Source: an uncultured delta proteobacterium (GTDB lineage: Bacteria; Desulfobacterota; Binatia; JACPRU01). Taken from it: a DNA stretch of 64,000 nucleotides. Within the stretch, counting starts at the first letter, position 1; every line of letters begins with the position of its first letter. The translations under genes and the position numbers were made by a program. The notes below the pieces were generated by a model. The model saw only the letters and a program-made list of their open reading frames with translations. It was not told the DNA's origin and did not search any database. Below are positions 19,035 to 31,249 of this stretch, in pieces. The stretch is from assembly GCA_963745025.1 (NCBI GenBank), contig CAVUWD010000006.1:128001-192000 (forward strand), in the 5' to 3' direction.

Positions 19035-20345
19035 CTACCCTTTTCTCCCGCGAATCCGCCCGCGCTTCATGAAACCCTCGTAGTTTCTCGTCAGCAGGTG
19101 AGTCTCCATCTGGGCGACGGTGTCCAGCGCTACCCCGACGACGATGAGCAGTGCAGTACCGCCGAAGTAGAATGGAACGTTGACCTGTCGAATCAGCAAG
19201 GTCGGCAGGATGCAGACGGTCGCAACGTAGATCGCGCCGCTGAGCGTCAGGCGCGTGAGAATGCGGTCGATGTACTCGGCCGTTCGCTGCCCGGGGCGGA
19301 TTCCGGGAACGTAACCGCCGTACTTCTTCATGTTGTCGGCCACGTCCACGGGATTGAACGTGACCGCCGTGTAGAAATAGCAGAAGAAGATGATCAGCCC
19401 GATGTAGACGAGGTCGTAGATCACCGTTCCCGGCACGAGCAGGTCGGAGACCAGGCGGGCGTACGGATGCTCGATGAACTGCGCGATGGTCGCCGGAAAG
19501 ATGAGGATCGAGGACGCGAAGATCGGCGGAATGACGCCGGTCGGGTTGATCTTCAGCGGCAGGTGCGAGGTTTGTCCGCCGTACATCTTTCGGCCGACGA
19601 CGCGTTTCGCGTACTGTACCGGGATTCGCCGCGCGGCCCGCTCCATGAAGATGATGAAGCCGATCACCAGAACCATGAAAGCGGTGAGCCCGAGCAGCAG
19701 GAAGAGCGACATCTCGCCTTCCTTGAAGAACTGATACGTGGTGATCGCCGCGGAGGGAAAATTGGCAACGATGCCGGCGAAGATGATGAGCGAGATGCCG
19801 TTGCCGATGCCGCGCTCGGTGATCTGCTCGCCGAGCCACATGATGAAGGCCGTGCCCGACGTCAGGGTGATCACGGTCATGGCGCGGAAGCTCCAGCCGG
19901 GGTGAAACACGACCGAGCCGCCGCCGGGCGCCTGGATACGTTCGAGACCCATGCTGATGAACGTACCCTGGATCACCGACAGTAGAATCGTGCCGTAGCG
20001 CGTGTACTGCGTGATCTTGCGCCGTCCGAGCTCGCCCTCCTTCGAGAGCTTCTCGAGATACGGGAAGACCACGGTGAGAAGTTGTAGGATGATCGAGGAC
20101 GAGATGTACGGCATGATCCCGAGCGCGAAGATCGAAAAGCGCTCGAGCGCGCCGCCGGAGAACATGTTGACGAGACCGAGCATCGTGTTGCGCGCCTGCT
20201 CGAAGAAGGCCGCCAGCGCCTGGCCGTCGATTCCCGGAGTCGGGATCGCCACGCCGGTGCGATACACAGCGAGCATTGCCAGCGTGAACAGTATGCGCCG
20301 GCGAAGCTCGGGAACGCGTGTGGCATTTTGGAATCCGTCGAGCAT
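19035..20345 (-). CDS. secY: Preprotein translocase SecY
   Basis: [28 protein letters not shown]. Confidence 0.97.
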   Translation of the reverse strand: MLDGFQNATRVPELRRRILFTLAMLAVYRTGVAIPTPGIDGQALAAFFEQARNTMLGLVNMFSGGALERFSIFALGIMPYISSSIILQLLTVVFPYLEKLSKEGELGRRKITQYTRYGTILLSVIQGTFISMGLERIQAPGGGSVVFHPGWSFRAMTVITLTSGTAFIMWLGEQITERGIGNGISLIIFAGIVANFPSAAITTYQFFKEGEMSLFLLLGLTAFMVLVIGFIIFMERAARRIPVQYAKRVVGRKMYGGQTSHLPLKINPTGVIPPIFASSILIFPATIAQFIEHPYARLVSDLLVPGTVIYDLVYIGLIIFFCYFYTAVTFNPVDVADNMKKYGGYVPGIRPGQRTAEYIDRILTRLTLSGAIYVATVCILPTLLIRQVNVPFYFGGTALLIVVGVALDTVAQMETHLLTRNYEGFMKRGRIRGRKG

Positions 20346-20350
20346 GCCGT

Positions 20351-20803
20351 CTACGAGGTCGCAGTCGCCTCGACCGTACCACCCGCGGCGACGATCTTCT
20401 CGCGCGCCTTGGCGCTCACTGCGGCCACCTTGATCGTCAACGCCTTGGCGATTTCGCCGTCGGAAAGGATCTTGACCGGGCCTCGGCCCTTGACGACGCG
20501 CTCGCGGCGCAGGGTCTCCTCATCGATCACCGTACCCGCCGCGAATCGCTCCAGCCGTTCGAGCGACACGACCTCGTAGCGGACCCGCCGCGCGTTGTGG
20601 AAACCTCGCTTCGGCAGCCGGCGGGCGAGCGGCATCTGCCCGCCCTCGAAGCCCGGGGTGACCTTGGCGCCCGTTCGCGACCCGGCGCCCTTCTGTCCTC
20701 GCCCCGAGGTCTTACCGAGCCCCGAGCCGATGCCGCGGCCGAGCCGCTTCTTGCCTCTCACGGCGCCCTTGGCGGGCTTCAAGCTCCTCAGATCAACCGG
20801 CAC
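20351..20803 (-). CDS. rplO: 50S ribosomal protein L15
   Basis: [26 protein letters not shown]. Confidence 0.96.
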   Translation of the reverse strand: MPVDLRSLKPAKGAVRGKKRLGRGIGSGLGKTSGRGQKGAGSRTGAKVTPGFEGGQMPLARRLPKRGFHNARRVRYEVVSLERLERFAAGTVIDEETLRRERVVKGRGPVKILSDGEIAKALTIKVAAVSAKAREKIVAAGGTVEATATS

Positions 20804-21002
20804 GGTTTGCGTCCTCCACCTCGACGAGATGCGCGACCTTCTGGATCATGCCGAGAACCGCTGGCGTCTTCGGCAGCAGGCGTTCATCGCCGATGCGCCG
20901 CAGGCCGAGACCGCGGATCGTCTGCCGCTGCCGCTCGGTGCTGCCGATCTCGCTTCCTCGCAGGCGCACCCGGATCTGTGATGTCTGCCCTTCGCTCGCC
21001 AT
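20793..21002 (-). CDS. rpmD: 50S ribosomal protein L30
   Basis: TIRGLGLRRIG...GMIQKVAHLV. Confidence 0.92.
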   Translation of the reverse strand: MASEGQTSQIRVRLRGSEIGSTERQRQTIRGLGLRRIGDERLLPKTPAVLGMIQKVAHLVEVEDANRAG

Positions 21003-21012
21003 CTTGGTTCCC

Positions 21013-21528
21013 TCAGCCGCGTAGCTCCTCGAGCGACTTGCCCCGCCGTCCCGCGATCTCTTCGGGCAGGCGGAGATTGCGGATGCCCGCGAGCGTCGCC
21101 TTGATCATGTTGTGCGGATTGTTGGAGCCAAGACATTTTGTCAGCACGTTGCGCACGCCCGCGAGCTCGACGACGGCGCGGACGCCGCCGCCGGCGATGA
21201 TCCCCGTGCCGTCGGAGGCGGGCTTCAAGAGCACTCGCCCCGCGCCGAAGATGCCGGTCACTTCAAATGGAATCGTGCCGCCGACCATCGGTACGGAGAC
21301 CAGGCCCCGCTTCGCGCGCTCGATGCCCTTGCGGATCGCCTCGGGCACCTCGTTCGCCTTCCCCATGCCGAAACCGACGTGCCCGTTTCCGTCGCCGACG
21401 ACCACCAAGGCGCTGAAGCTGAAGCGCCGGCCGCCCTTGACCACCTTGGCCACGCGATTGATCGTGACGACCTTCTCCTTGAATTCGAGGCCTTGGGGAT
21501 CGATTCGTTCGATGGGCGGCAGCGGCAT
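21013..21528 (-). CDS. rpsE: 30S ribosomal protein S5
   Basis: [24 protein letters not shown]. Confidence 0.97.
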   Translation of the reverse strand: MPLPPIERIDPQGLEFKEKVVTINRVAKVVKGGRRFSFSALVVVGDGNGHVGFGMGKANEVPEAIRKGIERAKRGLVSVPMVGGTIPFEVTGIFGAGRVLLKPASDGTGIIAGGGVRAVVELAGVRNVLTKCLGSNNPHNMIKATLAGIRNLRLPEEIAGRRGKSLEELRG

Positions 21529-21543
21529 GAGCGAGAGTCTCCG

Positions 21544-21909
21544 TTAGAGCTTGAGGCCCGCCTCGCGGGCGGCATCGGCGAGCGCCCGGATGCGACCGTG
21601 ATAGAGAAAACCGTTACGGTCGAAGATCACCTGCGAGATCGATTGTTCGAGACACTTCTTGGCGACGAGCTCGCCGACCTTTTTTGCGGCGTCGAGCTTC
21701 TTGGCTTTGTCCGCTCCCGCACGAAGCTCGGTGGAGAGCGTCGAAGCGGAGACCAAGGTCTTCCCGGCCTCGTCCGAAATCACCTGCGCGTAGATGTGCT
21801 TGGCGCTGCGAAAAACACACAACCGAGGCTTTGCATCCGTGCCGCGCACGCGGGTGCGCACGCGTTGCTGACGGCGCTTGCGATTGATCGTTTTCACGTT
21901 GTCGAACAT
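21544..21909 (-). CDS. rplR: 50S ribosomal protein L18
   Basis: [27 protein letters not shown]. Confidence 0.96.
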   Translation of the reverse strand: MFDNVKTINRKRRQQRVRTRVRGTDAKPRLCVFRSAKHIYAQVISDEAGKTLVSASTLSTELRAGADKAKKLDAAKKVGELVAKKCLEQSISQVIFDRNGFLYHGRIRALADAAREAGLKL

Positions 21910-21925
21910 CGACGTCTCCCGAAAA

Positions 21926-22477
21926 TCACCCCGCCCCTGTCGTGCCCGCGGCCTTGCCCGCCTTGCGACGGATGGTCTCTTCGGCGTACTTGACGCCTTT
22001 GCCCTTGTAGGGCTCGGGGGGCCGAAGGTCGCGGAGCATCGCCGCCGTCTCACCGAGAACCTGCCGGTCGGCACCCTCGAGCGTGATCACGGTCTGCTTG
22101 TCGACCTTGGCGCTGACTCCGGCTGGCAACTGAAAGATGATCGGGTGGGAATAGCCGAGCAGGAGCTGGATCAGGTCCCCTTTGACCTCGGCCCGGTAGC
22201 CGACGCCGTTGATCTCGAGCACCTGTGAAAACCCCTGATTCACTCCGTGGATCATGTTGGCGAGAAGCTTCCGCGTGAGCCCGTGAATTCCCCGGCTGTG
22301 ACGCGTTTCGTCCTTCCGCTTCACGACCACCTGCCCGTCGCCGATCTCGACGCTCATGGAAGGTTCGATGCTCATGTCGAGCTTGCCCTTCGGGCCTTCG
22401 ACGTGAACGTTCCGGCCGTCGAGCTTGACCTTCACGCTCACCGGCACCTGAATCGGAAGCTTACCAATTCGCGACAT
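21926..22477 (-). CDS. rplF: 50S ribosomal protein L6
   Basis: MSRIGKLPI...[11 protein letters not shown]. Confidence 0.97.
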   Translation of the reverse strand: MSRIGKLPIQVPVSVKVKLDGRNVHVEGPKGKLDMSIEPSMSVEIGDGQVVVKRKDETRHSRGIHGLTRKLLANMIHGVNQGFSQVLEINGVGYRAEVKGDLIQLLLGYSHPIIFQLPAGVSAKVDKQTVITLEGADRQVLGETAAMLRDLRPPEPYKGKGVKYAEETIRRKAGKAAGTTGAG

Positions 22478-22487
22478 TTGCCCTTTT

Positions 22488-22576
22488 CCTGTAGCCCGAC
22501 GCCGTCACAGTCGCTCCCGTTGGTCGCGACCAGCTCCGACGGAGTCTCCTACTGAAGTAGCCTGTATCCCGTGACC
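22488..22576. repeat. Degenerate heptamer-unit element (GTAGCCY units) in rpsH-rplF spacer
   Basis: CCTGTAGCCCG and GTAGCCTGTATCCCGTGACC; only right-arm-type units recognisable. Confidence 0.35.
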
Positions 22577-22581
22577 TCTCA

Positions 22582-22977
22582 TCACCACACCGAGCAGAGC
22601 ACCTCGCCGCCGACGTTCTCCTTGCGCGCCACGCGGTCGACGATCACACCCTTCGGCGTCGATAGAACGGAGATTCCGAGGCCTTTGCGGATCATCGGAA
22701 TCTCGCGACCGCCGACGTACACGCGCAGGCTCGGCCGACTCACGCGGCGGATGCCGGAGATCACCGGCCGGCGAAACTCGTCGTAGCGGAGCGACACCCG
22801 CATGAGCTTCCGGCCGTCGCTGTCGTTGACCGTCACGTCGCGAAGAAAGCCCTCTGCGACGAGCACGCGAGCGAGCGCTTCCTTGAGTCGCGACCACGGC
22901 ACGTCCGTCGAGTCCTTGCGGGCTCGGTTCGCGTTACGAATGCGGGTGAGAAGGTCGGCGATCGGATCGGTCATCAT
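22582..22977 (-). CDS. rpsH: 30S ribosomal protein S8
   Basis: MTDPIADLLTRIRNA...GGEVLCSVW. Confidence 0.97.
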   Translation of the reverse strand: MMTDPIADLLTRIRNANRARKDSTDVPWSRLKEALARVLVAEGFLRDVTVNDSDGRKLMRVSLRYDEFRRPVISGIRRVSRPSLRVYVGGREIPMIRKGLGISVLSTPKGVIVDRVARKENVGGEVLCSVW

Positions 22978-22988
22978 GAGGTTCGTTC

Positions 22989-23173
22989 CTACCAGCAGGC
23001 CTTGATGAGGCCGGGGATCTGTCCCTTGAGCGCGAGATTCCGAAGGCAGATGCGGCACATTTGGAAGCGGCGGAAGAATGCCCGCGGCCGTCCGCATAGT
23101 GGGCAGCGATTGTGCCGGCGCACCCGGAACTTCGGTTTCCGGATCGCCTTCATCAAATGCGAGGTTCGGCCAC
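22989..23173 (-). CDS. rpsZ: 30S ribosomal protein S14 type Z (1-bp deletion near start, probable error)
   Basis: RCPLCGRPR...MCRICLR; GTG at 23173 is one base out of frame. Confidence 0.9.
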
Positions 23174-23191
23174 CGTTCCTCCTCGTTGAGC

Positions 23192-23738
23192 CTACGCCGC
23201 GCGGAACGGCATGCCGAGAGCCTTGAGCAGCGCTCGCCCTTCGTCGTCGCTCTTCGCGGTCGTACAGATGTTGACCGTCAGTCCCTTCACCTTGTCGATC
23301 TTGTCGAGGTCGATCTCCGGGAAGATGATCTGCTCGCGGATGCCGAGCGAGTAGTTCCCGCGCCCGTCGAAGGCCTTTTCCGAGACGCCCTTGAAGTCGC
23401 GCACGCGCGGCAACGCGGCGTTCACCAGACGGTCGAGGAACTCGTACATGCGATCGCCGCGCAGCGTCACCATGCAACCGATCGGCAGCCCCTCGCGCAG
23501 CTTGAAGTTCGCGATCGCCTTCTTCGCCTTCGTGACCACCGGCTTCTGTCCGGTGATCGCTGCGAGCTCCGCCGACCGCCGAGTCGAGGATCTTCGCGTT
23601 CTGAATCGCCTCGCCGAGCCCCATGTTGAGGACGATCTTCTCGAGCCGCGGCACCTCGTAGACGTTCTGGTATCCGCGCTCCCTGCGGAGCGCCGGAATG
23701 ATTTCCGAATGGTAGAGCTGTCTCAGTCGCGCCGGCAT
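23192..23738 (-). CDS. rplE: 50S ribosomal protein L5 (one frameshift near 23572)
   Basis: [12 protein letters not shown], then [10 protein letters not shown] and [10 protein letters not shown] in a second frame. Confidence 0.93.
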
Positions 23739-23755
23739 GTCGTTGCCTTCTTCCG

Positions 23756-24082
23756 TCAGCTGTCGATCTGTTCGCCGCACCGGCGGCACACACGCACGCG
23801 CCTGCCGTCCTCGAGCTGCTTGCGGCCGACCCGCACCGGCTCGTTGCACTTGCCACACAGGTACATGACGTTGGAGATCGGCAGCGGCGCCTCCTTCTCG
23901 ACGATGCCGCCGCCTCCTTGCTGGCCGCGCGGCTTCTGATGGCGCTTGACCATGTTCAGTCGCTCGACGAACACGTGTGCGTGATCGGGCGCGACGCGCG
24001 TCACCTTGCCGGTCTTACCGCGCTCGCGGCCACTCACCACCAGCACCGTATCGCCCTTCTTGATCTTTAGCTTCGCAGGCAT
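23756..24082 (-). CDS. rplX: 50S ribosomal protein L24
   Basis: KIKKGDTV...[14 protein letters not shown]. Confidence 0.96.
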   Translation of the reverse strand: MPAKLKIKKGDTVLVVSGRERGKTGKVTRVAPDHAHVFVERLNMVKRHQKPRGQQGGGGIVEKEAPLPISNVMYLCGKCNEPVRVGRKQLEDGRRVRVCRRCGEQIDS

Positions 24083-24181
24083 TGTTAGCGCAGCCTCCGG
24101 GCCGCAATCCAAACGCGCGATGGGGATGCGGCCCGGTATCTCCTATCTTCGTGCAAGAACGCGATTTCCTACCGTAGTCCT

Positions 24182-24552
24182 TCAGAGCACCTCGGGAGCG
24201 AGCGAGATGATCTTCATGAACTTCTTGGCACGCAGCTCGCGGGCGACCGGACCGAAGATGCGCGTACCGATCGGCTCGTTCTGATTGTCGATCAGCACCG
24301 CCGGAGTTCGATGTCGAAGCGGATGTAGGAGCCGTCCGCGCGACCGATCTCCTTGGCCGTGCGCACGATCACCGCCTTCACGACGTCGCCCTTCTTCACC
24401 TTGGCGTTGGGAATCGCCTCCTTCACGGAAACCACGATGACGTCGCCGATCGAGGCATAGCGCCGCTTCGATCCCCCCAGCACCTTGATGCAGAGCACCT
24501 TGCGCGCGCCGGAGTTGTCGGCGACGTCGAGAATGGTCTCCGCCTGGATCAT
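24182..24552 (-). CDS. rplN: 50S ribosomal protein L14 (indels near 24305)
   Basis: [17 protein letters not shown]... and [12 protein letters not shown]...SLAPEVL in two frames. Confidence 0.93.
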
Positions 24553-24714
24553 GAGTCCCTGCTCCGATCGCCGGACCGAGCGATGCGGCCGAGCGCCAAG
24601 TAGCGCTAGGAACGACGACGAGGAATACCCGAAGCGGTATTCCGAGGAGGAGAGACGACGCGATACGCCGGCGATCGGCTGCAGCGCGACGGGAGGCGGT
24701 CGGAGTAGGGACTC
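24553..24714. mobile_element. 162-nt MITE-like element with 20-bp terminal inverted repeats and TCAT flanking duplication
   Basis: GAGTCCCTGCTCCGATCGCC (24553-24572) vs GGCGGTCGGAGTAGGGACTC (24695-24714), 18/20 complementary; TCAT at 24549-24552 and 24715-24718. Confidence 0.55.
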
Positions 24715-24984
24715 TCATACCTTCGCCCGCTCCAGCACCAACTTGAGGCGCCAACGCTTGTCACGGCTCAGCGGACGAGTCTCCTCGATTCGCACGCGGT
24801 CGCCGATCTCGCACTCGTTCTTCTCGTCGTGCGACCTTGAAGGTCTTCCGCGCGCGCACGAATTTCTTGTACTTCGCGTGCTGCACCAGCCGGTCGACCG
24901 CGACGACGACCGTCTTCTCCATCTTGTCGCCGACGACCACGCCCTCGCGGAGCTTACGCAGCCGCGCTCCGCGCGAACATTCAT
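24715..24984 (-). CDS. rpsQ: 30S ribosomal protein S17 (compensating frameshifts)
   Basis: [14 protein letters not shown] in one frame, [25 protein letters not shown] in another. Confidence 0.9.
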   Translation of the reverse strand: MNVRAERGCVSSARAWSSATRWRRRSSSRSTGWCSTRSTRNSCARGRPSRSHDEKNECEIGDRVRIEETRPLSRDKRWRLKLVLERAKV

Positions 24985-25199
24985 GACCGAACCGCGCCTT
25001 TCTTCCCGTCCGTCTCTCGTCGCGCGCGGATCACGGTCAGAACCCGCGCCAGATCCTTGCGCGCGTGCCGTAGCTTCATCGGGTTCTCCGTCTGACTCGT
25101 TCCCTTGCGCAGACGGAGGCGGCAGAGCTCGTCGCGGAGCTCGCGTTCCTTGACCGTCAGCTCGTCGATCGCGAGCTCGCTGAGTTCTTTAGCCTGCAT
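24981..25199 (-). CDS. rpmC: 50S ribosomal protein L29
   Basis: MQAKEL...[18 protein letters not shown]. Confidence 0.93.
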   Translation of the reverse strand: MQAKELSELAIDELTVKERELRDELCRLRLRKGTSQTENPMKLRHARKDLARVLTVIRARRETDGKKGAVRS

Positions 25200-25616
25200 G
25201 GTGTCCGGTTCCCCGCGTGCGGATTTGCGTCGAGAGCGAGAGCTTGCTGCCAGCGAGCGAGAGCGCTTGACGTGCAACCTCCGGCGTCGACGCCTTCCAT
25301 CTCGAAGATCATGCGCCCGGGCTTGATGACCGCCACCCACACCTCCGGTGCGCCCTTGCCCTTTCCCATGCGCGTCTCGGCCGGCTTCTTGGTGAGCGGC
25401 TTGTCGGGGAAGACCCGTACCCAGACGCGGCCGCCGCGCTTGATGTGGCGCGTCAGCGCGACGCGGGCCGCCTCGATCTCGCGGGCCGTGAGCCAACCAC
25501 GATCGACGGACTGGAGCCCGTAGTCGCCGAAGGCGAGGCGTCGAGCCCCGCCATGCCAGCCCTGGCCGGCGTCCCTTCTGCATCTTCCGCCACTTGACTT
25601 TTTCCGGTGCAAGCAT
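25189..25616 (-). CDS. rplP: 50S ribosomal protein L16 (frameshifted)
   Basis: [15 protein letters not shown]; [23 protein letters not shown]. Confidence 0.92.
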
Positions 25617-25625
25617 CGATCATGC

Positions 25626-26290
25626 TCACCCGCCGAGCGCGGCCTGCTGCTCCTCTTCCTGCCGGGTCAGCACTTCGCCGCGGAAGATCCACACCTTGAC
25701 GCCGATCACGCCGTACGTCGTTTTCGCCTCGGCCGATGCCGTAGTTCACGTCGGCGCGCAGCGTGTGGAGCGGCACGCGCCCTTCGCGATACCACTCGCG
25801 GCGCGCGATCTCCGAGCCGCCGAGCCGCCCGCCCGACTGAATGCGGATGCCCTGCGCGCCCATGCGCATCGCCCGCGCCACACGCTTCCTTCATCGCGCG
25901 GCGAAACGCGACGCGACGCTCGAGCTGCAGGGCCACGTTCTCGGCGACGAGCTGCGCGTCGAGATCCGGACGACGGACCTCGTGGATGTTGATGTACGTC
26001 TCCTTACCGGTCATGCGCGTCAGCTCTTGCTTGAGCTTCTCGATCTCGGCGCCCTTCTTGCCGATGACGATGCCGGGCCGCGCGGTGTAGATGTTGATCT
26101 TCGCCTTGTTCGCGGCGCGTTCGATCTCGATCTTCGAGATTCCGGCGTGGTAGAGGCGCTTCTTGATGAAGTTGCGGAGGCGGATGTCCTCGTGAAGCAG
26201 GCTCGCGTAGTCGCGCTTGGCAAACCACCGCGAATCCCAGTTCTCGATCACGCCGAGGCGGAATCCCTTCGGATGTGTCTTCTGTCCCAT
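25626..26290 (-). CDS. rpsC: 30S ribosomal protein S3 (frameshifted)
   Basis: [44 protein letters not shown]. Confidence 0.93.
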
Positions 26291-26292
26291 GC

Positions 26293-26729
26293 CTACTCCC
26301 CTGACGTTTCGTCGAGGACGATCGTGATGTGGCTGGTGCGCTTGAGGAGCGGCGTCGCACGACCCTGCGCGCGCGGTAGGAACCGCTTGAGCGTCGGGCC
26401 CGGACCCACCTACGATGCGCTTCACGAAGAGCGAGTCGACGTCGACGTTCTGGTTGTTCTCGGCGTTGGCGATCGCCGAGCGCAGCATCTTGGCGACGAT
26501 CTTCGCGCCCTTGCGCGGCGTGAACTCGAGCACGGACAGCGCCTCTTCCACACGCTTGCCGCGGATCAGGTCGCACGACGAGGCGAACCTTCTGCGGCGA
26601 GATTCGCACATACTGGCCCAAGGACATCGTTTTCGGACGCAGGGAACGACGCTGCTCGGCGCGGACCCGCTTCTTGGTCCGCCGCTTCGCCTTGTCGACC
26701 CGATCGCTTCCCTTCGATGGAGGTTCCAT
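26293..26729 (-). CDS. rplV: 50S ribosomal protein L22 (N-terminal basic extension; frameshifted)
   Basis: [38 protein letters not shown] in successive frames. Confidence 0.9.
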
Positions 26730-26733
26730 TGAC

Positions 26734-27086
26734 CTACGCCTTCGGCGCGGGCGCCGGAGCGGCGGCCGCCGGGGCGGCTGCTCCCGGAGCAATCGCCGCC
26801 CGGGTCGACCTCACTTCCGTCTTACGGTCGCCGGAATGCCCGTGGAAGGTGCGGGTCGGGCGCGAACTCGCCGAGCTTGTGACCGACCATGTTCTCGGTC
26901 ACGTAGACCGGGATGAACTTCCGGCCGTTGTGCACCGCAAACGTGTGGCCGATCATGTCGGGAACGATCGTCGAGCGCCGCGACCACGTCTTCACCACGC
27001 TCTTCTCGATTCGCCTCGTTCAGCGCCTGCACCTTCTTCAGGAGATGCCCGTCGATGAAGGGCCCCTTTTTGATCGAGCGCGCCAT
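26734..27086 (-). CDS. rpsS: 30S ribosomal protein S19 (Ala/Pro C-terminal extension; frameshifted)
   Basis: [32 protein letters not shown]. Confidence 0.9.
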
Positions 27087-27097
27087 CAGTGTCTCAC

Positions 27098-27922
27098 CTA
27101 CTTCCGTCCTCGCCGCGTGACGATGTCCTTGTCGGTGCGCTTGTTGTGTCGAGTCTTGTATCCCTTGGTCGGGACACCCCACGGCGTCTGCGGGTGATTG
27201 CCCTTCGAGCGCCCTTCGCCGCCGCCGTGCGGGTGATCGACCGGGTTCATGGCGACGCCGCGGACGCTGGAACGCTTTCCGAGCCAGCGTGTACGGCCTG
27301 CCTTGCCGATCGAGATGTTCTCGTGATCGAGATTTCCCACCTGACCGACGGTAGCCCGGCACTCGACGCGGACTCGCCGAAGCTCACCGGAGGGCATCTT
27401 CAGGAGCGCGTACTCCCCTTCTTTGGCCATCAACTGAATACCCGCACCCGCACTGCGCCCGAGCTGCGCGCCCTTGCCGGGCCGGAGCTCGACGTTGTGC
27501 ACCACCGTGCCGAGAGGAATCTGCGCGAGCGGCATCGCATTACCCGGCTTGATGTCGGCGCCATTCCCGGACACGACCTCGTCGCCGACGCCGCAGCCGA
27601 CGGGCGCGATGATGTAGCGCTTCTCGCCGTCGCGATAGTGAAGCAGCGCGATGCGCGCCGACCGGTTGGGATCGTATTCGACCGCTGCGACCCGCGCCGG
27701 AATCCCGTCTTTGTCGCGCTTGAAGTCGATCACGCGGTAGTGTTGCTTGTGACCACCCCCGACGTGCCGCATCGTCATGCGACCAAGGTTGTTGCGCCCG
27801 CCCGTCTTTCGGCGGGGCTCGACGAGGCTCCACTCCGGCTCGCTCCGTGTGATCTCGGCGAAGTCGTAGCCGGTCATGAAGCGGCGGCCCTTCGAAGTCG
27901 GCTTGTACGTCTTGAGACTCAT
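27098..27922 (-). CDS. rplB: 50S ribosomal protein L2
   Basis: [24 protein letters not shown]. Confidence 0.97.
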   Translation of the reverse strand: MSLKTYKPTSKGRRFMTGYDFAEITRSEPEWSLVEPRRKTGGRNNLGRMTMRHVGGGHKQHYRVIDFKRDKDGIPARVAAVEYDPNRSARIALLHYRDGEKRYIIAPVGCGVGDEVVSGNGADIKPGNAMPLAQIPLGTVVHNVELRPGKGAQLGRSAGAGIQLMAKEGEYALLKMPSGELRRVRVECRATVGQVGNLDHENISIGKAGRTRWLGKRSSVRGVAMNPVDHPHGGGEGRSKGNHPQTPWGVPTKGYKTRHNKRTDKDIVTRRGRK

Positions 27923-27928
27923 CGGTCG

Positions 27929-28219
27929 CTACGCTCCCTCGAAGAAATCGATCGTCTGCCCCTCGGCGAGGGTCACGTACGCCTTCTTCCAGTCCGATCG
28001 CTTGCCGCTTCCCTTCGCGGTGCGCCGGCGCTTGCCGAGCAGGCTCACGGTATGGACCTTCTCGACCTTCACCTGAAAGAAGCTCTCGACCGCCTTGCGG
28101 ATCTCGTCCTTGTTGGCGTCGCGCCGCACGCGGAACACGACTTGGTTCGAAGTTTCGTTGACGAGCGTCCCCTTCTCGGTGATGAGGGGCGAGACCAGCA
28201 CTTCGAGAGGATGGCTCAT
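27929..28219 (-). CDS. rplW: 50S ribosomal protein L23
   Basis: PLITEK, WKKAYVTL. Confidence 0.96.
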   Translation of the reverse strand: MSHPLEVLVSPLITEKGTLVNETSNQVVFRVRRDANKDEIRKAVESFFQVKVEKVHTVSLLGKRRRTAKGSGKRSDWKKAYVTLAEGQTIDFFEGA

Positions 28220-28872
28220 GCCGAGAGACGCTCCTGGAGGCTCTTCAGCGCCTCCGCCGTCAGAACGACGTGCTCGTGACCGAGCAGGTCGTAGACGTTC
28301 ACGCCCGCCACCTCGATCACCTTGACGTTCGGCAGGTTCCGCGCCGCACGTTCGAGCTTTGCGTCACCGGTCGCAAGCACGATCAGCGCGGAATGGATGC
28401 CGAGCGCTTCGATCGCCTTGACCATGTCCTTGGTCTTGCCGCTTGCGAGCTCGAGCTTGTCGACGACGAGCAGCCGTTCCTCGCGGTTCTTCGCCGACAG
28501 CGCCACGCAGAGCGCGCGCCGGCGCGCGGTGATCGGCATACGATACGTATAGTCGCGGGGCAGAGGCCCGAATACGGTCGCACCACCCACCCACTGAGCC
28601 GCACGGATACTGCCCTGACGCGCACGGCCGGTGCCCTTCTGCTTCCAAGGCTTCTTCCCGCCGCCGCGCACGTAGGCGCGCGTCTTCGTCGCATGAGTCC
28701 CGCGGCGCCGATTGGCGAGCTGCATCTTCACGCTCTCGTAAAGAAGGTGTGACCGCATCGGCAGAGCGAAGATCGCCGCCGACAGCTCGATTTCGCCGAC
28801 GGCCTGCTTTGCCTGCGAGTAGAGAGGGATGCGGAGCCCCGCCTGGAGCTCCGTCGAAGGCGTTTCAGTCAC
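28216..28872 (-). CDS. rplD: 50S ribosomal protein L4
   Basis: KPWKQKGTGRARQGS. Confidence 0.96.
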   Translation of the reverse strand: MTETPSTELQAGLRIPLYSQAKQAVGEIELSAAIFALPMRSHLLYESVKMQLANRRRGTHATKTRAYVRGGGKKPWKQKGTGRARQGSIRAAQWVGGATVFGPLPRDYTYRMPITARRRALCVALSAKNREERLLVVDKLELASGKTKDMVKAIEALGIHSALIVLATGDAKLERAARNLPNVKVIEVAGVNVYDLLGHEHVVLTAEALKSLQERLSA

Positions 28873-29518
28873 GGACCACTCCCTCGCCCTTCACGGCGGG
28901 CCGGATGAACAGCAGGCCGTTTTTTCCGCCCGGTACGGCTCCGCGAACCAGCAGCACGTTGTCTTCGCCGCGCACCGCGACCACCGCGAGGTTCTGCGCG
29001 GTCACGCGCTCATCGCCCATGTGACCGGCCATGCGCTTGTTCTTGAACACGCGGCCGGGATGGGTACGATTACCGATCGAGCCGCCGTGCCGGAAGTACT
29101 CGTGCGTGCCGTGCGTCGCCGGAAAGCCGCTGAAGTGGTGGCGCTTGATGACGCCTTGATAGCCGCGGCCTTTGCTGACGCCCGTCACATCGACGAGGTC
29201 GCCTTCCTTGAAGAGATCGCCAACTTTGACCTCGGCGCCCACCTCGAGCTCGGCGCCACCACGGAACTCGCGCAAGACGGAGGCCATCTTGCCCGCCTTC
29301 TTGCGGTGCTCGCGCTCCGCTTTGGTCAGGCGTTGCGCCTTCGTTTCGCCGAAACCGAGCTGAATCGCCGAGTACCCGTCCGTCTCGCCCGTACGCTTCT
29401 GCATCACCGTGCAGGGGCCGGCCAGAATCACCGTGACGGGCACGAGTTCGCCGCCCTTGGCGAACACCTGCGTCATCCCGAGCTTCTTACCGATCAGTCC
29501 GAATCTACCGAGTGCCAT
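28865..29518 (-). CDS. rplC: 50S ribosomal protein L3
   Basis: [28 protein letters not shown]. Confidence 0.97.
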   Translation of the reverse strand: MALGRFGLIGKKLGMTQVFAKGGELVPVTVILAGPCTVMQKRTGETDGYSAIQLGFGETKAQRLTKAEREHRKKAGKMASVLREFRGGAELEVGAEVKVGDLFKEGDLVDVTGVSKGRGYQGVIKRHHFSGFPATHGTHEYFRHGGSIGNRTHPGRVFKNKRMAGHMGDERVTAQNLAVVAVRGEDNVLLVRGAVPGGKNGLLFIRPAVKGEGVVRD

Positions 29519-29534
29519 GGCTCTGCCGTGCTGC

Positions 29535-29843
29535 TCACTGCAACTTGATCTCGACGTCTACCCCCGCCGCGAGGTCGAGCTTGCCGAGAGCGTCGATCGT
29601 CTGCTGCGTGGGCTCGAGGATGTCGAGCAGGCGCTTATGGGTTCTCATCTCGAACTGCTCACGTGACTTCTTGTCGACGTGCGGCGAGCGGTTCACCGTG
29701 AATCGCTCGATTCGCGTGGGCAGCGGGATCGGGCCCGCTACCCGGCCGCCGGTGCGCTTCACCGTCTCGACGATGTCCTTCACCGACTGGTCGAGGAGCC
29801 GATGGTCGTAGGCCTTGAGGTGGATGCGGATCTTCTCGTTCAT
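29535..29843 (-). CDS. rpsJ: 30S ribosomal protein S10
   Basis: [27 protein letters not shown]. Confidence 0.97.
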   Translation of the reverse strand: MNEKIRIHLKAYDHRLLDQSVKDIVETVKRTGGRVAGPIPLPTRIERFTVNRSPHVDKKSREQFEMRTHKRLLDILEPTQQTIDALGKLDLAAGVDVEIKLQ

Positions 29844-29850
29844 TTCGCTC

Positions 29851-29942
29851 CGGCTACCGGCCACCGGCCACCGGCTTCCGGCCACCCGCAAGAGACTCCA
29901 CGAAGTCTTTGCCGGTAGCCGGTAGTCGGAAGCCGGTAACCG
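29851..29942. repeat. Heptamer-armed palindromic element (CGGCTAC type)
   Basis: (CGGCYWC)n - GCAAGAGACTCCACGAAGTCTTTGC - (CGGWAGC)n. Confidence 0.8.
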
Positions 29943-29948
29943 TCCTTT

Positions 29949-31139
<1,191 letters not shown>

Positions 31140-31177
31140 GTCTCAGCTCCTCCCCGCGCCCCGCCCCTCGGGGCGTC

Positions 31178-31240
31178 CGGCTACCGGCTGCCGCCTACCG
31201 GCTAAACACTCCTGGCTCCTCTCGCGATAACCGGTAGCCG
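31178..31240. repeat. Heptamer-armed palindromic element in tuf leader
   Basis: CGGCTACCGGCTGCCGCCTACCGGCT ... GATAACCGGTAGCCG. Confidence 0.7.
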
Positions 31241-31249
31241 TCCTTTTCC

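Noticed and set aside
23170-27010. Pseudogenised ribosomal operon or programmed frameshifting
   Set aside because: Genes are essential, indels are clustered and lack slippery-site pattern; assembly error is far more likely
29851-29942. CRISPR array
   Set aside because: Units are contiguous 7-mers in inverted arms, without unique spacers or cas genes
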